Source: Myxococcales bacterium (GTDB lineage Bacteria > Myxococcota_A > UBA9160 > SMWR01). From it: 64,000 nt of DNA. A program made the translations under genes and the position numbers. The notes under the pieces were generated by a model that saw only the letters and a list, made by a program, of their open reading frames with translations, ran no database searches and was not told the origin of the DNA. Shown piece by piece: positions 18,664-28,142 of the stretch. The stretch spans positions 3,978-67,977 of the forward strand of contig JABSQW010000025.1 in assembly GCA_013215605.1 (NCBI GenBank), read 5' to 3'. How positions within the stretch are numbered: the stretch's first letter is position 1; every line of letters begins with the position of its first letter.

Positions 18664-19430
18664 CGCGGCTGCATGCGGATGGCACCGTCGAGGCGGATGG
18701 TCTCTCCGTTCAGCATCGTGTTCTCGAGGATGTGGCAGGCGAGTCCAGCGTACTCCGGGGGATTGCCGAGGCGCTGGGGGAACGGGACGCTCGCGCCAAG
18801 GGCGTCGACCGCGTCCTGCGGAAGCAGCGCGAGCAGTGGCGTCTTGAAGAGTCCCGGTGCGATCGTGCAGCAGCGCACACCGTAGCGCGACAGATCTCGC
18901 GCGATCGGCAGCGTCATTCCCACGATGCCGCCCTTCGATGCCGAGTACGCGGCCTGGCCGATCTGGCCCTCGAAGGCGGCGACGGAGGCGGTGTTCACGA
19001 TGCAGCCGCGCTCGCCGTCGCTGCCGGGCTCGTTGCCGATCATCTTCGACGCGGCGAGGCGAATCGTGTTGAAGGTGCCGATGAGGTTGACCTCGATCGT
19101 CTTCGAGAACGCTCCGAGGTCGAAGGGCGTGCCGTCCTTGCCGACCGTGCGCGTGGCGGATCCGATGCCCGCGCAGTTGACCAGCGCGCGCAGCGGGCCG
19201 AACGCTTCGATGGCGCCGGTGATGCCCGCGGCGGTCTGTTCGGCGCTCGTGACGTCGACCTCGAAGAAGCTCGCGCGGTCGCCGAGCTCCTGCGCGATCT
19301 CAGAGCCGCGGGAGCGCGCGAGGTCGAAGATGGCGACGCTGGCGCCCCGCATGGCCAGCGCGCGCGCCGTGGCCTCGCCGAGCCCCGAGCCACCGCCCGT
19401 GACGACGGCCGCGATTCCCCCGATGTCCAT
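18660..19430 (-). CDS. SDR, 3-hydroxyacyl-CoA dehydrogenase type-2-like
   Basis: [25 protein letters not shown] and [12 protein letters not shown]. 256 aa. Confidence 0.85.
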   Translation of the reverse strand: MDIGGIAAVVTGGGSGLGEATARALAMRGASVAIFDLARSRGSEIAQELGDRASFFEVDVTSAEQTAAGITGAIEAFGPLRALVNCAGIGSATRTVGKDGTPFDLGAFSKTIEVNLIGTFNTIRLAASKMIGNEPGSDGERGCIVNTASVAAFEGQIGQAAYSASKGGIVGMTLPIARDLSRYGVRCCTIAPGLFKTPLLALLPQDAVDALGASVPFPQRLGNPPEYAGLACHILENTMLNGETIRLDGAIRMQPR

Positions 19431-19477
19431 GCTTTCTCCCGCTCGTCTAGCGTGCGAGTGTAGGCCCGCGCGTTCGG

Positions 19478-20239
19478 CTATTCGGTGGAGAGCGCGCGGT
19501 CGAGAAGCTCGGCCCAGCGCAGGTGCCCGCTGCCGATGGGGCGCCCGTCCAGTGTCCCGATGGGGCGGGCGCCGCGCACCGCGTTGACGGCGATGATCTC
19601 GTCTGCCTCCCGCAGGTCCGGGAGCGTAATGTCGCGGGCCTCCACCTGCGGAATATGCTCCATCACTACCTCGCGGGCGATGCTCGCGACGCCGCCGCGA
19701 CTGAGGGGTGGCGTGCCCAACGCACCGTCGCGGCCCACGACGAACAGACAGCTGCGCGACCCTTCGACGAGCATGCCGCTGGCGTCGAAGAGGATCGCCT
19801 CGTCGGCGCCCGCCTCTGCCGCGGCGTCTCGGCCCAGGGCGAAGACCAGCCGATTCGTGACCTTGCAGCCCGACCAGGCCGTCGGGCCCTCGTGGAGGAG
19901 ATCCGAGACGATCGCCAGCCAGGGGTGCCCGTCGCTGGGCTCGAGCTCGCGCGGCACGCCCACGAGGTGGAGCTCGCCGTCGCCGTCGCGCGTGGCCTGG
20001 ACCCGGATGATTCCCTCGCCGTCGGGGAAGGCCGCCTTGCCGAGCTCCTCGAAGGCGCGGAGCACGGTGTCGCGCTCGACAGCGCCGAGCCGAAGCAGAC
20101 GCGCGTCGCGCTGCAGGCGACTCGCGTGGCGTTCGGCAAAGCGCGCGCGACCGCGGTTGATCAGCGCGGTCGTATAGCAGCCGCGTCCTTCGGCGTAGCT
20201 GCTGTCGTCGCCTCGGACCACCGGTTGGTCGCGTGGCAT
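19478..20239 (-). CDS. Class IV aminotransferase-fold protein (aminodeoxychorismate lyase/BCAT-like)
   Basis: [34 protein letters not shown] resembles the class IV PLP-enzyme core. 253 aa. Confidence 0.65.
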   Translation of the reverse strand: MPRDQPVVRGDDSSYAEGRGCYTTALINRGRARFAERHASRLQRDARLLRLGAVERDTVLRAFEELGKAAFPDGEGIIRVQATRDGDGELHLVGVPRELEPSDGHPWLAIVSDLLHEGPTAWSGCKVTNRLVFALGRDAAAEAGADEAILFDASGMLVEGSRSCLFVVGRDGALGTPPLSRGGVASIAREVVMEHIPQVEARDITLPDLREADEIIAVNAVRGARPIGTLDGRPIGSGHLRWAELLDRALSTE

Positions 20240-20303
20240 GAGTAGGCCATCGACCCAGTAATAGCGTCCAGTCTTGCTCAGCGTCGTCTCGGAGAGCGCC
20301 GAT

Positions 20304-21590
20304 TCAGCGATCGGCGATGGGAACGTACGGACTCAGTGCCGGCCCCGTGTAGATCTGGCGCGGGCGTCCGATCTTGAAGTCCGGATCCGTATGCATTTCC
20401 ATCCAATGCGCAATCCAGCCGGGGAGCCGCCCGAGCGCGAAGAACGGCGTGAACATGGTCGGCGGCGTGCCGATCGCGCTGTAGATGACGCCCGAGTAGA
20501 AGTCGACGTTGGGGTAGAGACGGCGCTCGACGAAGTACTCGTCCTTGAGGGCCATCTCCTCGAGCTCCACGGCGATTTCGAGGAGCTTGGTGCGGACACC
20601 GAGCTTCTCGAGGACGTCGAAGCAGGCCTTCTTGATGATCTTCATGCGCGGATCGAAGTTCTTGTAGACGCGGTGGCCGAAGCCCGTGAGGCGCGCGCCC
20701 GGGTCGCCCGCCTTCGCGCGCTCGACGAATTGTTTCGCGCTCATCCCCTCCTCGTGGATCGACTCGAGCATCTCGATCACCTCCTGGTTCGCCCCACCGT
20801 GGCTGGGGCCCCAGAGGGCATTGATGCCCGCGGAGATCGCGGAGAAGAGGTTGACTTGCGTCGAGCCCACCAGGCGGACGGTGCTCGTCGAGCAGTTCTG
20901 CTCGTGGTCCGCGTGGAGGATCAGGAGGAGATCGATCGCCTTCTCGACCACCGGGTCGGCCTCGTACGTCTCACACGGGGTCCCGAACAGCATATGGAGC
21001 AAGTTGCCCACATAGCTGCGGTCGTTCTGGGGGTACATGAAGGGCTGGCCGATCGAGTGCTTGTACGCGTAGGACGCCACCGTGATCATCTTGGCGATGA
21101 GGCGATGGACCGAGATCTCGATGTGGCGCGGGTCCCGGGGATCGAGCGAGTCGGGGTAGAACGTCGAGAGCGCGCCCACTGCCGCGGAGCAGACCGCCAT
21201 CGGATGGGCGTCCTTGGGCAGGGCGCCGAAGAACCGCTTGAAGTCCTCGTGGATCATCGTGTGGCGTGTGATCGAGCTCTCGAAGGCCTCGAACTCCTGC
21301 GCGCTCGGCAGGTTTCCGTAGATCAGCAGGTAGGCGACCTCGAGGAAGGTGCTCTTCTCGGCGAGTTCTTCGATGGGGAAGCCGCGGTAGCGCAGAATGC
21401 CCTTGTCGCCGTCGATGAAGGTGATCGCGCTCCGGCAGGCGCCCGTGTTCGCGAAGCCGGGGTCGAAGCTGATCAACCCGGTCTGGTTGCGCAGCCTGCG
21501 GATGTCGATCGCGCGCTCGTCCTCGCTGCCCACGATCAGGGGCAGTTCGATGACCTGGCCGTCTACGCGTATTTCTGCCGTGTCAGCCAT
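20304..21590 (-). CDS. gltA: Citrate synthase
   Basis: ILRYRGFPIEELAE, LHADHEQNCSTSTVR and GFGHRVYKNFDPR. ATG 21590 is preceded by AGGAG. Confidence 0.92.
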   Translation of the reverse strand: MADTAEIRVDGQVIELPLIVGSEDERAIDIRRLRNQTGLISFDPGFANTGACRSAITFIDGDKGILRYRGFPIEELAEKSTFLEVAYLLIYGNLPSAQEFEAFESSITRHTMIHEDFKRFFGALPKDAHPMAVCSAAVGALSTFYPDSLDPRDPRHIEISVHRLIAKMITVASYAYKHSIGQPFMYPQNDRSYVGNLLHMLFGTPCETYEADPVVEKAIDLLLILHADHEQNCSTSTVRLVGSTQVNLFSAISAGINALWGPSHGGANQEVIEMLESIHEEGMSAKQFVERAKAGDPGARLTGFGHRVYKNFDPRMKIIKKACFDVLEKLGVRTKLLEIAVELEEMALKDEYFVERRLYPNVDFYSGVIYSAIGTPPTMFTPFFALGRLPGWIAHWMEMHTDPDFKIGRPRQIYTGPALSPYVPIADR

Positions 21591-21860
21591 GAAGTGGCTC
21601 CTCATACGCACCTGGAAGCATGGCAATGCGTGGTGTCTGGGGGGGTCGCGTAGGACTCGGAGTCTAGCGGAGATGATCTCCCGCCAACAGTGAGCAGGCT
21701 CGGTTCGAGGGCGGCTGGTCCGCCTAAATCGTGATTCCGCGCGGGGTGTTGCACGCTTCGTCGGAGTTCCGAACCCGGCTTGGTGGTGGCGTTCCCGGGC
21801 GGGTCGGCCATCCTGTCCAGGCCGATCCCCGCACCCTGTGGGGAGGATACGGAGGGGAAG

Positions 21861-22469
21861 TTGGCCGCCAGTACGCCCAAGGCCGAGCTGTGGGCTCGGA
21901 TCGACGAGACGCCCGACATCCCGGCGATCTCACGCTTCCTCGACGACGCCAGCGCCGCCGACCGCTTGTCCGCGGTTCGATCGCTGGGTCGAACCCGGCA
22001 ACGACGGCTGTACGAGGCCGCGGACGGCTTCCTGCCGGTGCGCCTCGCGGAGATCGTTCCGCCGGAGGTCGCTGCGTTCACGCCGGTACGCCATTTCGGT
22101 CGCAACACCTTGCCGGCGTTCACCCACTTCGAGAAGCGCTTCTGCCGGCCGCGCGACGCAGACTCCACTGCGCCGGAATCGCTCTACGGCTTCAACTTCC
22201 AGACGCTGGCTGCGGTCACGGGCCCCGGCTACTTCATCGCGCGCGAGGCGCCCGACCGGCCCGAGGTGTGGGTCGACTACACGAGCGTTCCCGACGAGCA
22301 CCCGGACGCCTGGCCTGAAATCCGGCCGAACGATGTGGGGCTCTCGCGTTTCGTCTACGGGTTCATGGTCGACACCCTGCGGCGCGTTTCCCAGCACGTG
22401 ACGATCGGGTCGGCGGCGCGAAACGGCCGCGACCTCGGCAGCTGGTTCGTACTCTGCCAGGAGGCGTAG
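21861..22469 (+). CDS. Hypothetical protein
   Basis: Coding-like frame with no family recognised. TTG 21861 directly follows GGAGGGG. The track start TTG 21780 is also possible. Confidence 0.5.
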   Translation: MAASTPKAELWARIDETPDIPAISRFLDDASAADRLSAVRSLGRTRQRRLYEAADGFLPVRLAEIVPPEVAAFTPVRHFGRNTLPAFTHFEKRFCRPRDADSTAPESLYGFNFQTLAAVTGPGYFIAREAPDRPEVWVDYTSVPDEHPDAWPEIRPNDVGLSRFVYGFMVDTLRRVSQHVTIGSAARNGRDLGSWFVLCQEA

Positions 22470-22478
22470 GCGGAACAC

Positions 22479-23261
22479 GTGCGAATCCAAGAGCTCTTCG
22501 ATCTCAGCGGGCGCGCGGCGCTCGTTACCGGAGGCGGCCGCGGGATCGGCCGCCATATCGCAGTGGGGCTCGCCGAGGCAGGCGCCGACGTTGCGGTGGT
22601 GTCGCGCAAGCTCCCGAATTGTCGCGAGGTGGCGGCAGAAATCGAGAAGCTGAGCCGCCGCGCTCTCGCGCTCGAGCTCGATCTCCAGCAGTCGGACCAG
22701 ATCGACTCGGTGGCCGACGAGGTGCTCGACCACTTCGGTCGCCTCGACATCCTGGTGAACAACGCCGCCTTCGTCTGGGGCGCACCCACCCTCGAGTACC
22801 CGATGAAGGGCTGGGACAAGGTGTTCGACATCAACCTCCGCGGGCTCTGGCAGCTCTCGCAGCGCGCCGCAGTGCACATGGCGGAGCGGGGCAGCGGCTC
22901 GATCATCCAGGTCGCTTCGATATCAGGGATGCGAGGGACCCGCGAGGAGAAGGAGCCCACCGTGGCCTACGCGGCGAGCAAGGGCGCGGTGATTGCGCTG
23001 ACTCGCGACATGGCGGTGAAGCTCGCTCCGCGCGGTGTGCGCGTGAACGCGATCTCGCCTGGGGCTTTCGACACGTCGATGATGGACTACGTGAAGGGAA
23101 GCGAAGAGGCGCTCGCCGCGTTCCTTGCGCAGATTCCGATGAACCGCGCGGGGGGAGAGGACGACGTCAAGGGCGTCGCCGTGTTCTTGGCGAGCGACGC
23201 GTCTGCGTACGTGACCGGCCACAACCTGCTGGTGGACGGGGGGTGGTTCGTCGGCGGATAG
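22479..23261 (+). CDS. Short-chain dehydrogenase/reductase (SDR)
   Basis: AALVTGGGRGIGRHIA, NNAAF and YAASKGAVIALT. The start is GTG. Confidence 0.85.
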   Translation: MRIQELFDLSGRAALVTGGGRGIGRHIAVGLAEAGADVAVVSRKLPNCREVAAEIEKLSRRALALELDLQQSDQIDSVADEVLDHFGRLDILVNNAAFVWGAPTLEYPMKGWDKVFDINLRGLWQLSQRAAVHMAERGSGSIIQVASISGMRGTREEKEPTVAYAASKGAVIALTRDMAVKLAPRGVRVNAISPGAFDTSMMDYVKGSEEALAAFLAQIPMNRAGGEDDVKGVAVFLASDASAYVTGHNLLVDGGWFVGG

Positions 23262-23292
23262 GAGCCGGACGCGAACGCGCCCGGCGTCGCGC

Positions 23293-23652
23293 TCAGCCGC
23301 CGTCGAGCTTCACCCGGTAGCCCCGCGTCTCGAGCTCCGCGACGAGCACTTCACGGTGATCGCCCTGGATCTCGATCACGCCGTCCTTGCTCGCGCCGCC
23401 CGTACCGCAGCGCCGCTTCAGCTCGCCCGCGAGCTCGCGCAGGTCGTCTGCGGGGAGCGGGACACCGGAGATCGTCGTCACGGTCTTGCCGCGGCGCCCC
23501 TTCGATTCTCTGCGCACGCGGACGCTGCCGTCACCCGCTGCGACGCGGGGGCTCTTGCGGCACACACAGTCGGCCACGGCACGTCCGCAGTGGGGGCACA
23601 TCCGGCCGTGCTCGCTGCTGTAGACGGTCCCCCGGTCGGGGCGGCGTTTCAC
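23293..23652 (-). CDS. yciH: SUI1/YciH-family translation initiation factor-like protein
   Basis: 119 aa with an N-terminal Cys-rich segment and SKGRRGKTVTTISGV..CGTGG..IEIQGDH, typical of YciH. Confidence 0.85.
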   Translation of the reverse strand: MKRRPDRGTVYSSEHGRMCPHCGRAVADCVCRKSPRVAAGDGSVRVRRESKGRRGKTVTTISGVPLPADDLRELAGELKRRCGTGGASKDGVIEIQGDHREVLVAELETRGYRVKLDGG

Positions 23653-24119
23653 GAGCGCCTCGGGGCCGGGTCCGACGGGGCGTCGCGTTGCTCGGCGACC
23701 AGACGGCGGTGTTCGACGAGGATGCAGCGGTCCTGGACGACTTCGATGCCGGCGGCTTCGAGGCGCTCCGCCTGGGCGTCGTCGCGAACGCCGAGCTGCA
23801 TCCAGACCGCCTTCGGCCGGGGAGAGAGCGCGAGGATCTCGTCGACGTGGCCGGGCAGGAAGCGCGGCGCCCGAAACACGTTCACGAGGTCGATGGGCTC
23901 AGCGACGTTGGCGAGCGCCGGCGCCACGCGCTCTCCGAGTACCGCGTCGAGCTTCGGGTTGACCGGCAGGATCCGGTAGCCGCGGCCCTGCATGTAGCGG
24001 GGCACGCGGAACGCGTCGTCCGCATCTCCGGCCTTGATGCCGAGGACGGCGATCGTCGACACGCCCTCCAGAATCCCACGCAGCCTCGTATCATCGGTGT
24101 TCACGCCGGCCTCCAGCAT
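23649..24119 (-). CDS. CoA-binding domain protein (YccU-like)
   Basis: IAVLGIK.....RVPRYMQGRGYRILPVNP. 4-nt overlap with yciH. Confidence 0.8.
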   Translation of the reverse strand: MLEAGVNTDDTRLRGILEGVSTIAVLGIKAGDADDAFRVPRYMQGRGYRILPVNPKLDAVLGERVAPALANVAEPIDLVNVFRAPRFLPGHVDEILALSPRPKAVWMQLGVRDDAQAERLEAAGIEVVQDRCILVEHRRLVAEQRDAPSDPAPRRS

Positions 24120-24157
24120 CTCGACACTCCTCTGGTGCGTCGATACCGTACCGCGGC

Positions 24158-25507
24158 ATGGAGGGTGACCGCTTTCGTCGGGTTTCCGCGAGGCTTGCGT
24201 TCGCGATGGCGCTCTTGGTCGCTGCGCCTGGGGCGCGGGCCATCGATGATCCGGCGCTCGCCACCCGCACCGAGATTCTCGACAACGGTCTCACGGTGCT
24301 GACGCTCGAAGATCCCTCCACGCCCGTGGTCTCGTTCCAGATGTGGGTGAAGGCGGGGTCCCGCGACGAGTCGCGTGTGACGGGTCTCGCCCACCTCTTC
24401 GAGCACATGATGTTCAAGGGCTCGAAGAACGTGGAGTCCGAGCGCCACGCTCAGATCGTTCAGGCCCGCGGCGGGCGTGTCAACGCGTTCACGACGCGTG
24501 ACCACACGGTCTACTACGAAGACGTCACCGCAGAGAGCCTGCCGCTCGTGATCGAGCTCGACGCCGAACGCGTCGCCAACCTCATCATCAGCGAGGAGAC
24601 ACTCACGAGCGAACGCGAAGTGGTACTCGAAGAGCGGCGGCTGCGCACCGAGGATCGCGCCGGCGGCCGCGGCATCGAGGCTCTGCTCGCGCTCGCCTTC
24701 CAGGCGCACCCCTACCGCTGGCCCGTCATCGGCTGGCGGAGCGATATCGAAGCCGCCGACGTCGCGGTGTGTCGGGAGTTCTTCCACGCGTACTACGTGC
24801 CCAACAACATCGTGCTGTCGATCGTCGGCGACTTCGACACGGAAACGGTGCTCGCCCTCATCCGCCGCAGCTTCGGTCGCCTCGAGCCCGCGGAAGTCCC
24901 CCGGAATCCCACTCAGGAGCCCGAGCAGCGCGGCGAGCGCCGCCAGACGGTGTACTTCGATGTGCGCAGCCCAATCTTCTACGTCGCGTGGCACGCGCCG
25001 GCAGCGGGCCACGCCGACTCTCAAGCCCTCGACGTGGCCACCCAGATCCTCTCCGGCGGTCGTTCCAGTCGCCTGTACCGCCACCTCGTCTACGAGGCCG
25101 AGCAGGCGCTGTTCGCCCACGGCGCGTATTGGGAGCTCCAGGACGCCGGGCTCTTCTACGCCGTGGCCGGAGTGCGCCCGGGAGAGAGCATCGAAGAGGT
25201 GGAGAAGCTCATCTTCGCCGAAATCGATCGGCTGCGCGAAGAGGAAGTTTCGAAGGCCGAGCTCGAGAAGGCCAAGCGCCAGATCGAGGTGGGCATGATC
25301 AACGGTCTGCTCACGAGTCATGCGCTCGCGAACCGAATCGCCATCGATCACATGACCTTCGGCCGCATCCGTCCGCTCGACGAGCGACTCGCCGCGATTC
25401 AGGCCGTCACCGCCGAAGACATCAAGCGCGTGGCCTCCGCCTACCTCCTCGAAGGACGCCGCAACGTCGTGCGGGTCATCGCGCCGCCGGAAGAGGCCGC
25501 GCCATGA
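24158..25507 (+). CDS. M16 (pitrilysin/insulinase) family zinc peptidase, catalytic subunit
   Basis: Signal peptide, then the inverted zinc motif HLFEHMMFKG (HxxEH). Confidence 0.85.
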   Translation: MEGDRFRRVSARLAFAMALLVAAPGARAIDDPALATRTEILDNGLTVLTLEDPSTPVVSFQMWVKAGSRDESRVTGLAHLFEHMMFKGSKNVESERHAQIVQARGGRVNAFTTRDHTVYYEDVTAESLPLVIELDAERVANLIISEETLTSEREVVLEERRLRTEDRAGGRGIEALLALAFQAHPYRWPVIGWRSDIEAADVAVCREFFHAYYVPNNIVLSIVGDFDTETVLALIRRSFGRLEPAEVPRNPTQEPEQRGERRQTVYFDVRSPIFYVAWHAPAAGHADSQALDVATQILSGGRSSRLYRHLVYEAEQALFAHGAYWELQDAGLFYAVAGVRPGESIEEVEKLIFAEIDRLREEEVSKAELEKAKRQIEVGMINGLLTSHALANRIAIDHMTFGRIRPLDERLAAIQAVTAEDIKRVASAYLLEGRRNVVRVIAPPEEAAP

Positions 25508-26937
25508 GGCTCTCCGCGGTCGTCGCGGCGTGTTTCACCCTCGCCTGTTCGGGTGGGTTCGCGGGGCTCGGAGCGACGCGACCGGCGTGGGAGGTCGACC
25601 CTCCGCCCGCGTTGGAATCGCCCGTGGTCCGGCCCGGCGCCCTCACGCGCGCCGAGCTTCCGAACGGGCTCCACGTGATCATCCTCGAGGATCACCGCCT
25701 GCCGCGGATCGTGCTCTCCCTCGACGTGCGCCGTGGTGCGGCGTCGGTGGACCCCGCGGAGGCCGGCCTTGCATCGTTCACGTCGGAGCTGATGAAGCGC
25801 GGCGCGGGCGATCGCGACGCGCTCGAGCTCGCCAAGGCCACCGACGAGATCGGCGCGGTGCTGTCCGTCGGCGCTGGATGGGACGAGATGGGGGCCGCCG
25901 TCTCGGGGCTCGCGCGGGATACCGCCGTGCTCTTCGAGATCCTCGGTGACGTCGTGCTGCGCCCGACGTTCGCCGCCGCCGAGGCGAACCGCGCGCGCGC
26001 GCAGCGGCTCGCGGCGCTCGAGCGGGCGCGAGACAATGCGGCGACGGTCGAGGGGTGGAACGTGGTGCGCGCCCTCTACGGCGGGCACCGCTACGGGCTC
26101 CCACGCAATGGAACGGCAGAGACCGTGGCGCGCCTGGGCGCCGATCGCGCGCGCGAGTTCCACCATTCGATGTTCATTCCCAATGCGGCGGTGTTCTCTG
26201 CCGCGGGTGACGTCGATGCCGACGAGATCCTGGCGCGAGTGAAGCGGATGTTCGGATCGGACCACTGGCAGGCAGGGGAGGTCCCGTCGCCGGGTCCGCC
26301 GGCGCCGCAGGTCGCGCCCGAGAGCCGTCGCATCGTGATCGTCGACCGCCCGGATCTGGCGCAGGCCCGCATCACACTCGCCCACGAAGGGATCTCGCGT
26401 ACCAACCCGGATCGTATCGCGGCAGCGCTCATGAACGGGGTTCTCGGCGGCAGCGGCTTTTCGTCGCGACTGATGTCCGTGGTGCGCTCCGACGCGGGAC
26501 TCACCTACACGATCGGCTCGGGCTTCTCGCTGCGCCGGTCGCCGGGGCCCTTCGCCGTGTCGACGTTCACGCGCGTCGCCGAGGTGCGGAACGTGATCGA
26601 CCTCGTGATCGGCGAGCTCGAACGCGGCCGCGACGAGCCTCCCACCGAGGCCGAGCTCGCCGAGGCCCGCACACTCTCGGTCGGGCGATTCTCGATGGGA
26701 CTCGAGACCTCGGATGCTGTGATGTCGTCTCTCGTGAATCTCGACCTGTACCGCCTGCCGGAGGACTCCCTCGACACGTACCGCGGACGCGTTCGCGCGG
26801 TGACCACCGCGGACACGGCGAAGATGGCAAAGCAGCTCCTCCACCCGGAGCGCGCGGTCATCGTGCTCGTGGGTCCGGCCTCGGAGCTCTTGCCCCAGGT
26901 CGAGGACCTGGGGCCGGTCGAGGTCGTGCAACCCTGA
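25504..26937 (+). CDS. M16 family peptidase-like lipoprotein, non-catalytic partner
   Basis: ATG 25504 overlaps the upstream stop (ATGA). Lipobox FTLAC. M16 fold-like sequence without HxxEH. The 722-aa track ORF is an artefactual upstream extension. Confidence 0.8.
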   Translation: MRLSAVVAACFTLACSGGFAGLGATRPAWEVDPPPALESPVVRPGALTRAELPNGLHVIILEDHRLPRIVLSLDVRRGAASVDPAEAGLASFTSELMKRGAGDRDALELAKATDEIGAVLSVGAGWDEMGAAVSGLARDTAVLFEILGDVVLRPTFAAAEANRARAQRLAALERARDNAATVEGWNVVRALYGGHRYGLPRNGTAETVARLGADRAREFHHSMFIPNAAVFSAAGDVDADEILARVKRMFGSDHWQAGEVPSPGPPAPQVAPESRRIVIVDRPDLAQARITLAHEGISRTNPDRIAAALMNGVLGGSGFSSRLMSVVRSDAGLTYTIGSGFSLRRSPGPFAVSTFTRVAEVRNVIDLVIGELERGRDEPPTEAELAEARTLSVGRFSMGLETSDAVMSSLVNLDLYRLPEDSLDTYRGRVRAVTTADTAKMAKQLLHPERAVIVLVGPASELLPQVEDLGPVEVVQP

Positions 26938-27024
26938 CCGTCTTCGAGGACCGGGACGCGCTGTGCGAGACCGCAGATTTCGGGAGCGTTCGCCCCTCGA
27001 CCGCGAATTGGGCGCCAAGCCCCC

Positions 27025-28056
27025 TTACGGCCCGAGGGGTACCCCGCGCCTGGGCTTTCGGCCCTTCGCCGCCGCGACACCGTCAGGGCGGTACCGATCG
27101 AGTGAAGCCTCGAGATCCGCGATCACCTCGTCGCGCAGCGTTGCGGGCTCGATCACCTCGGCGCCGGAGCCGAAAGACAGGATCCAGGTTCGCAGCTCCG
27201 CCGTCCCGCCCACTTCCATCCGCAGCTCGAGGGCGCCATTGTCGGTGTGCTCGAGCGTCTGGCTCGCGTGCCAGGTGCGCTCTTCGACCCAGCTCGCCCA
27301 GCGCGCGTCGAAGCGGATGTGCACCGGGATGGCAGGCTCGGCGATCACGCCGAAGGAGCTGCCGATGTACCGGTCGAAGTCGAAGTCGCGTTTTACGCGG
27401 AAGTTCTCGTCGGTGGCGGCAATCGCCTGGATGCGATCGACGGCGAAAGTGCGGATCTCACTGGACTTGTGGTCGAAGCCCACCACGTAGAGGCCGCCGC
27501 TGCGGTACCAGACGCGATACGGGTCGAGGTCGCGCGTCGCGACAGCCCCCGTGCGCCCCGTGCGGTACTTCATCCGGACCGTGCGACGGCTCACGACCGC
27601 GTCGTTGAGCAGCTGGATCGTCTCTCGGGATCGCGCGTAGTTCTTGTGGGGTCCGGGCAGCACGCGAAAAGATTCGCCGAGGCGCGCGAGGTACGCGGAG
27701 AGTTCGGGACCGAGGCCGGCCCGGATCTTCGCGAGGGCGGAGCGGATCGAGTCGTGGAAGACGGTGCCCTCGAGGGCGCGCAGCAGGTCTTCTCCGAATG
27801 CCAGGGCCAGGATCTCATCGGGGGTGAAGGGCACGTCGCCGAGTCGGAAGGTTTCGAGGAAACGGTAGTAGGTGCGGCCGTCCCGTTTTTCGCTCACGAC
27901 TGGGAAGCCCGCGTACATGAGCGCATCGAGGTCGCGGTACACGGTGCGGCGCACGCACTGTAGATCCTGGGCGAGGTCGTCGAGGTGGAACCCCGACTTG
28001 CTGCGGGCGAGGCGCTGGATCAGTTGCCACTGGCGCGCGAGTTGGTCGCCTCTCAT
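27025..28056 (-). CDS. HTH-WYL domain transcriptional regulator (YafY/PafBC-like)
   Basis: N-terminal wHTH (RRTVYRDLDALMYAGFPV) and WYL core (RDLDPYRVWYRSGGLYVVGFD....RTFAVDRI). Confidence 0.8.
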   Translation of the reverse strand: MRGDQLARQWQLIQRLARSKSGFHLDDLAQDLQCVRRTVYRDLDALMYAGFPVVSEKRDGRTYYRFLETFRLGDVPFTPDEILALAFGEDLLRALEGTVFHDSIRSALAKIRAGLGPELSAYLARLGESFRVLPGPHKNYARSRETIQLLNDAVVSRRTVRMKYRTGRTGAVATRDLDPYRVWYRSGGLYVVGFDHKSSEIRTFAVDRIQAIAATDENFRVKRDFDFDRYIGSSFGVIAEPAIPVHIRFDARWASWVEERTWHASQTLEHTDNGALELRMEVGGTAELRTWILSFGSGAEVIEPATLRDEVIADLEASLDRYRPDGVAAAKGRKPRRGVPLGP

Positions 28057-28069
28057 GGCGCGCCAGTCT

Positions 28070-28094
28070 AGCGGGAAATCTTCGATCTCCCGCT
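28070..28094. promoter_or_regulatory. Perfect 7-bp inverted repeat AGCGGGA-N11-TCCCGCT, 13 nt upstream of the WYL regulator start
   Basis: Read directly from the sequence. It lies in the 86-nt gap between the patatin stop (28143) and the WYL start (28056). Its function as an operator or RNA hairpin is inferred. Confidence 0.35.
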
Positions 28095-28142
28095 CCGCAC
28101 CGATCGGGGCGAGATGCCGAGACCCAATTCTCGAACCGCGAC

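Noticed and set aside
21669-21684. A 13-bp palindrome GGAGATgATCTCC upstream of gltA. The 10-mer GATCTCCCGC is shared with the WYL-upstream inverted repeat (28084-28093).
   Set aside because: A single shared 10-mer in 128 kb of two-strand sequence is plausible by chance. The palindrome is short, and I have no second copy or partner regulator to support a regulon.
24769-25503. N-terminal extensions of track ORFs that look like fusions. The 722-aa ORF 24769-26937, the 580-aa ORF 10198-11940, the 613-aa ORF 61189-63030, the 599-aa ORF 58980-60779 and the 501-aa ORF 56453-57958 are the examples.
   Set aside because: The extensions overlap the preceding gene in another frame and are Arg-rich junk. 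Internal starts with SD-like sequences or ATGA/GTGA coupling give proteins of normal family length.
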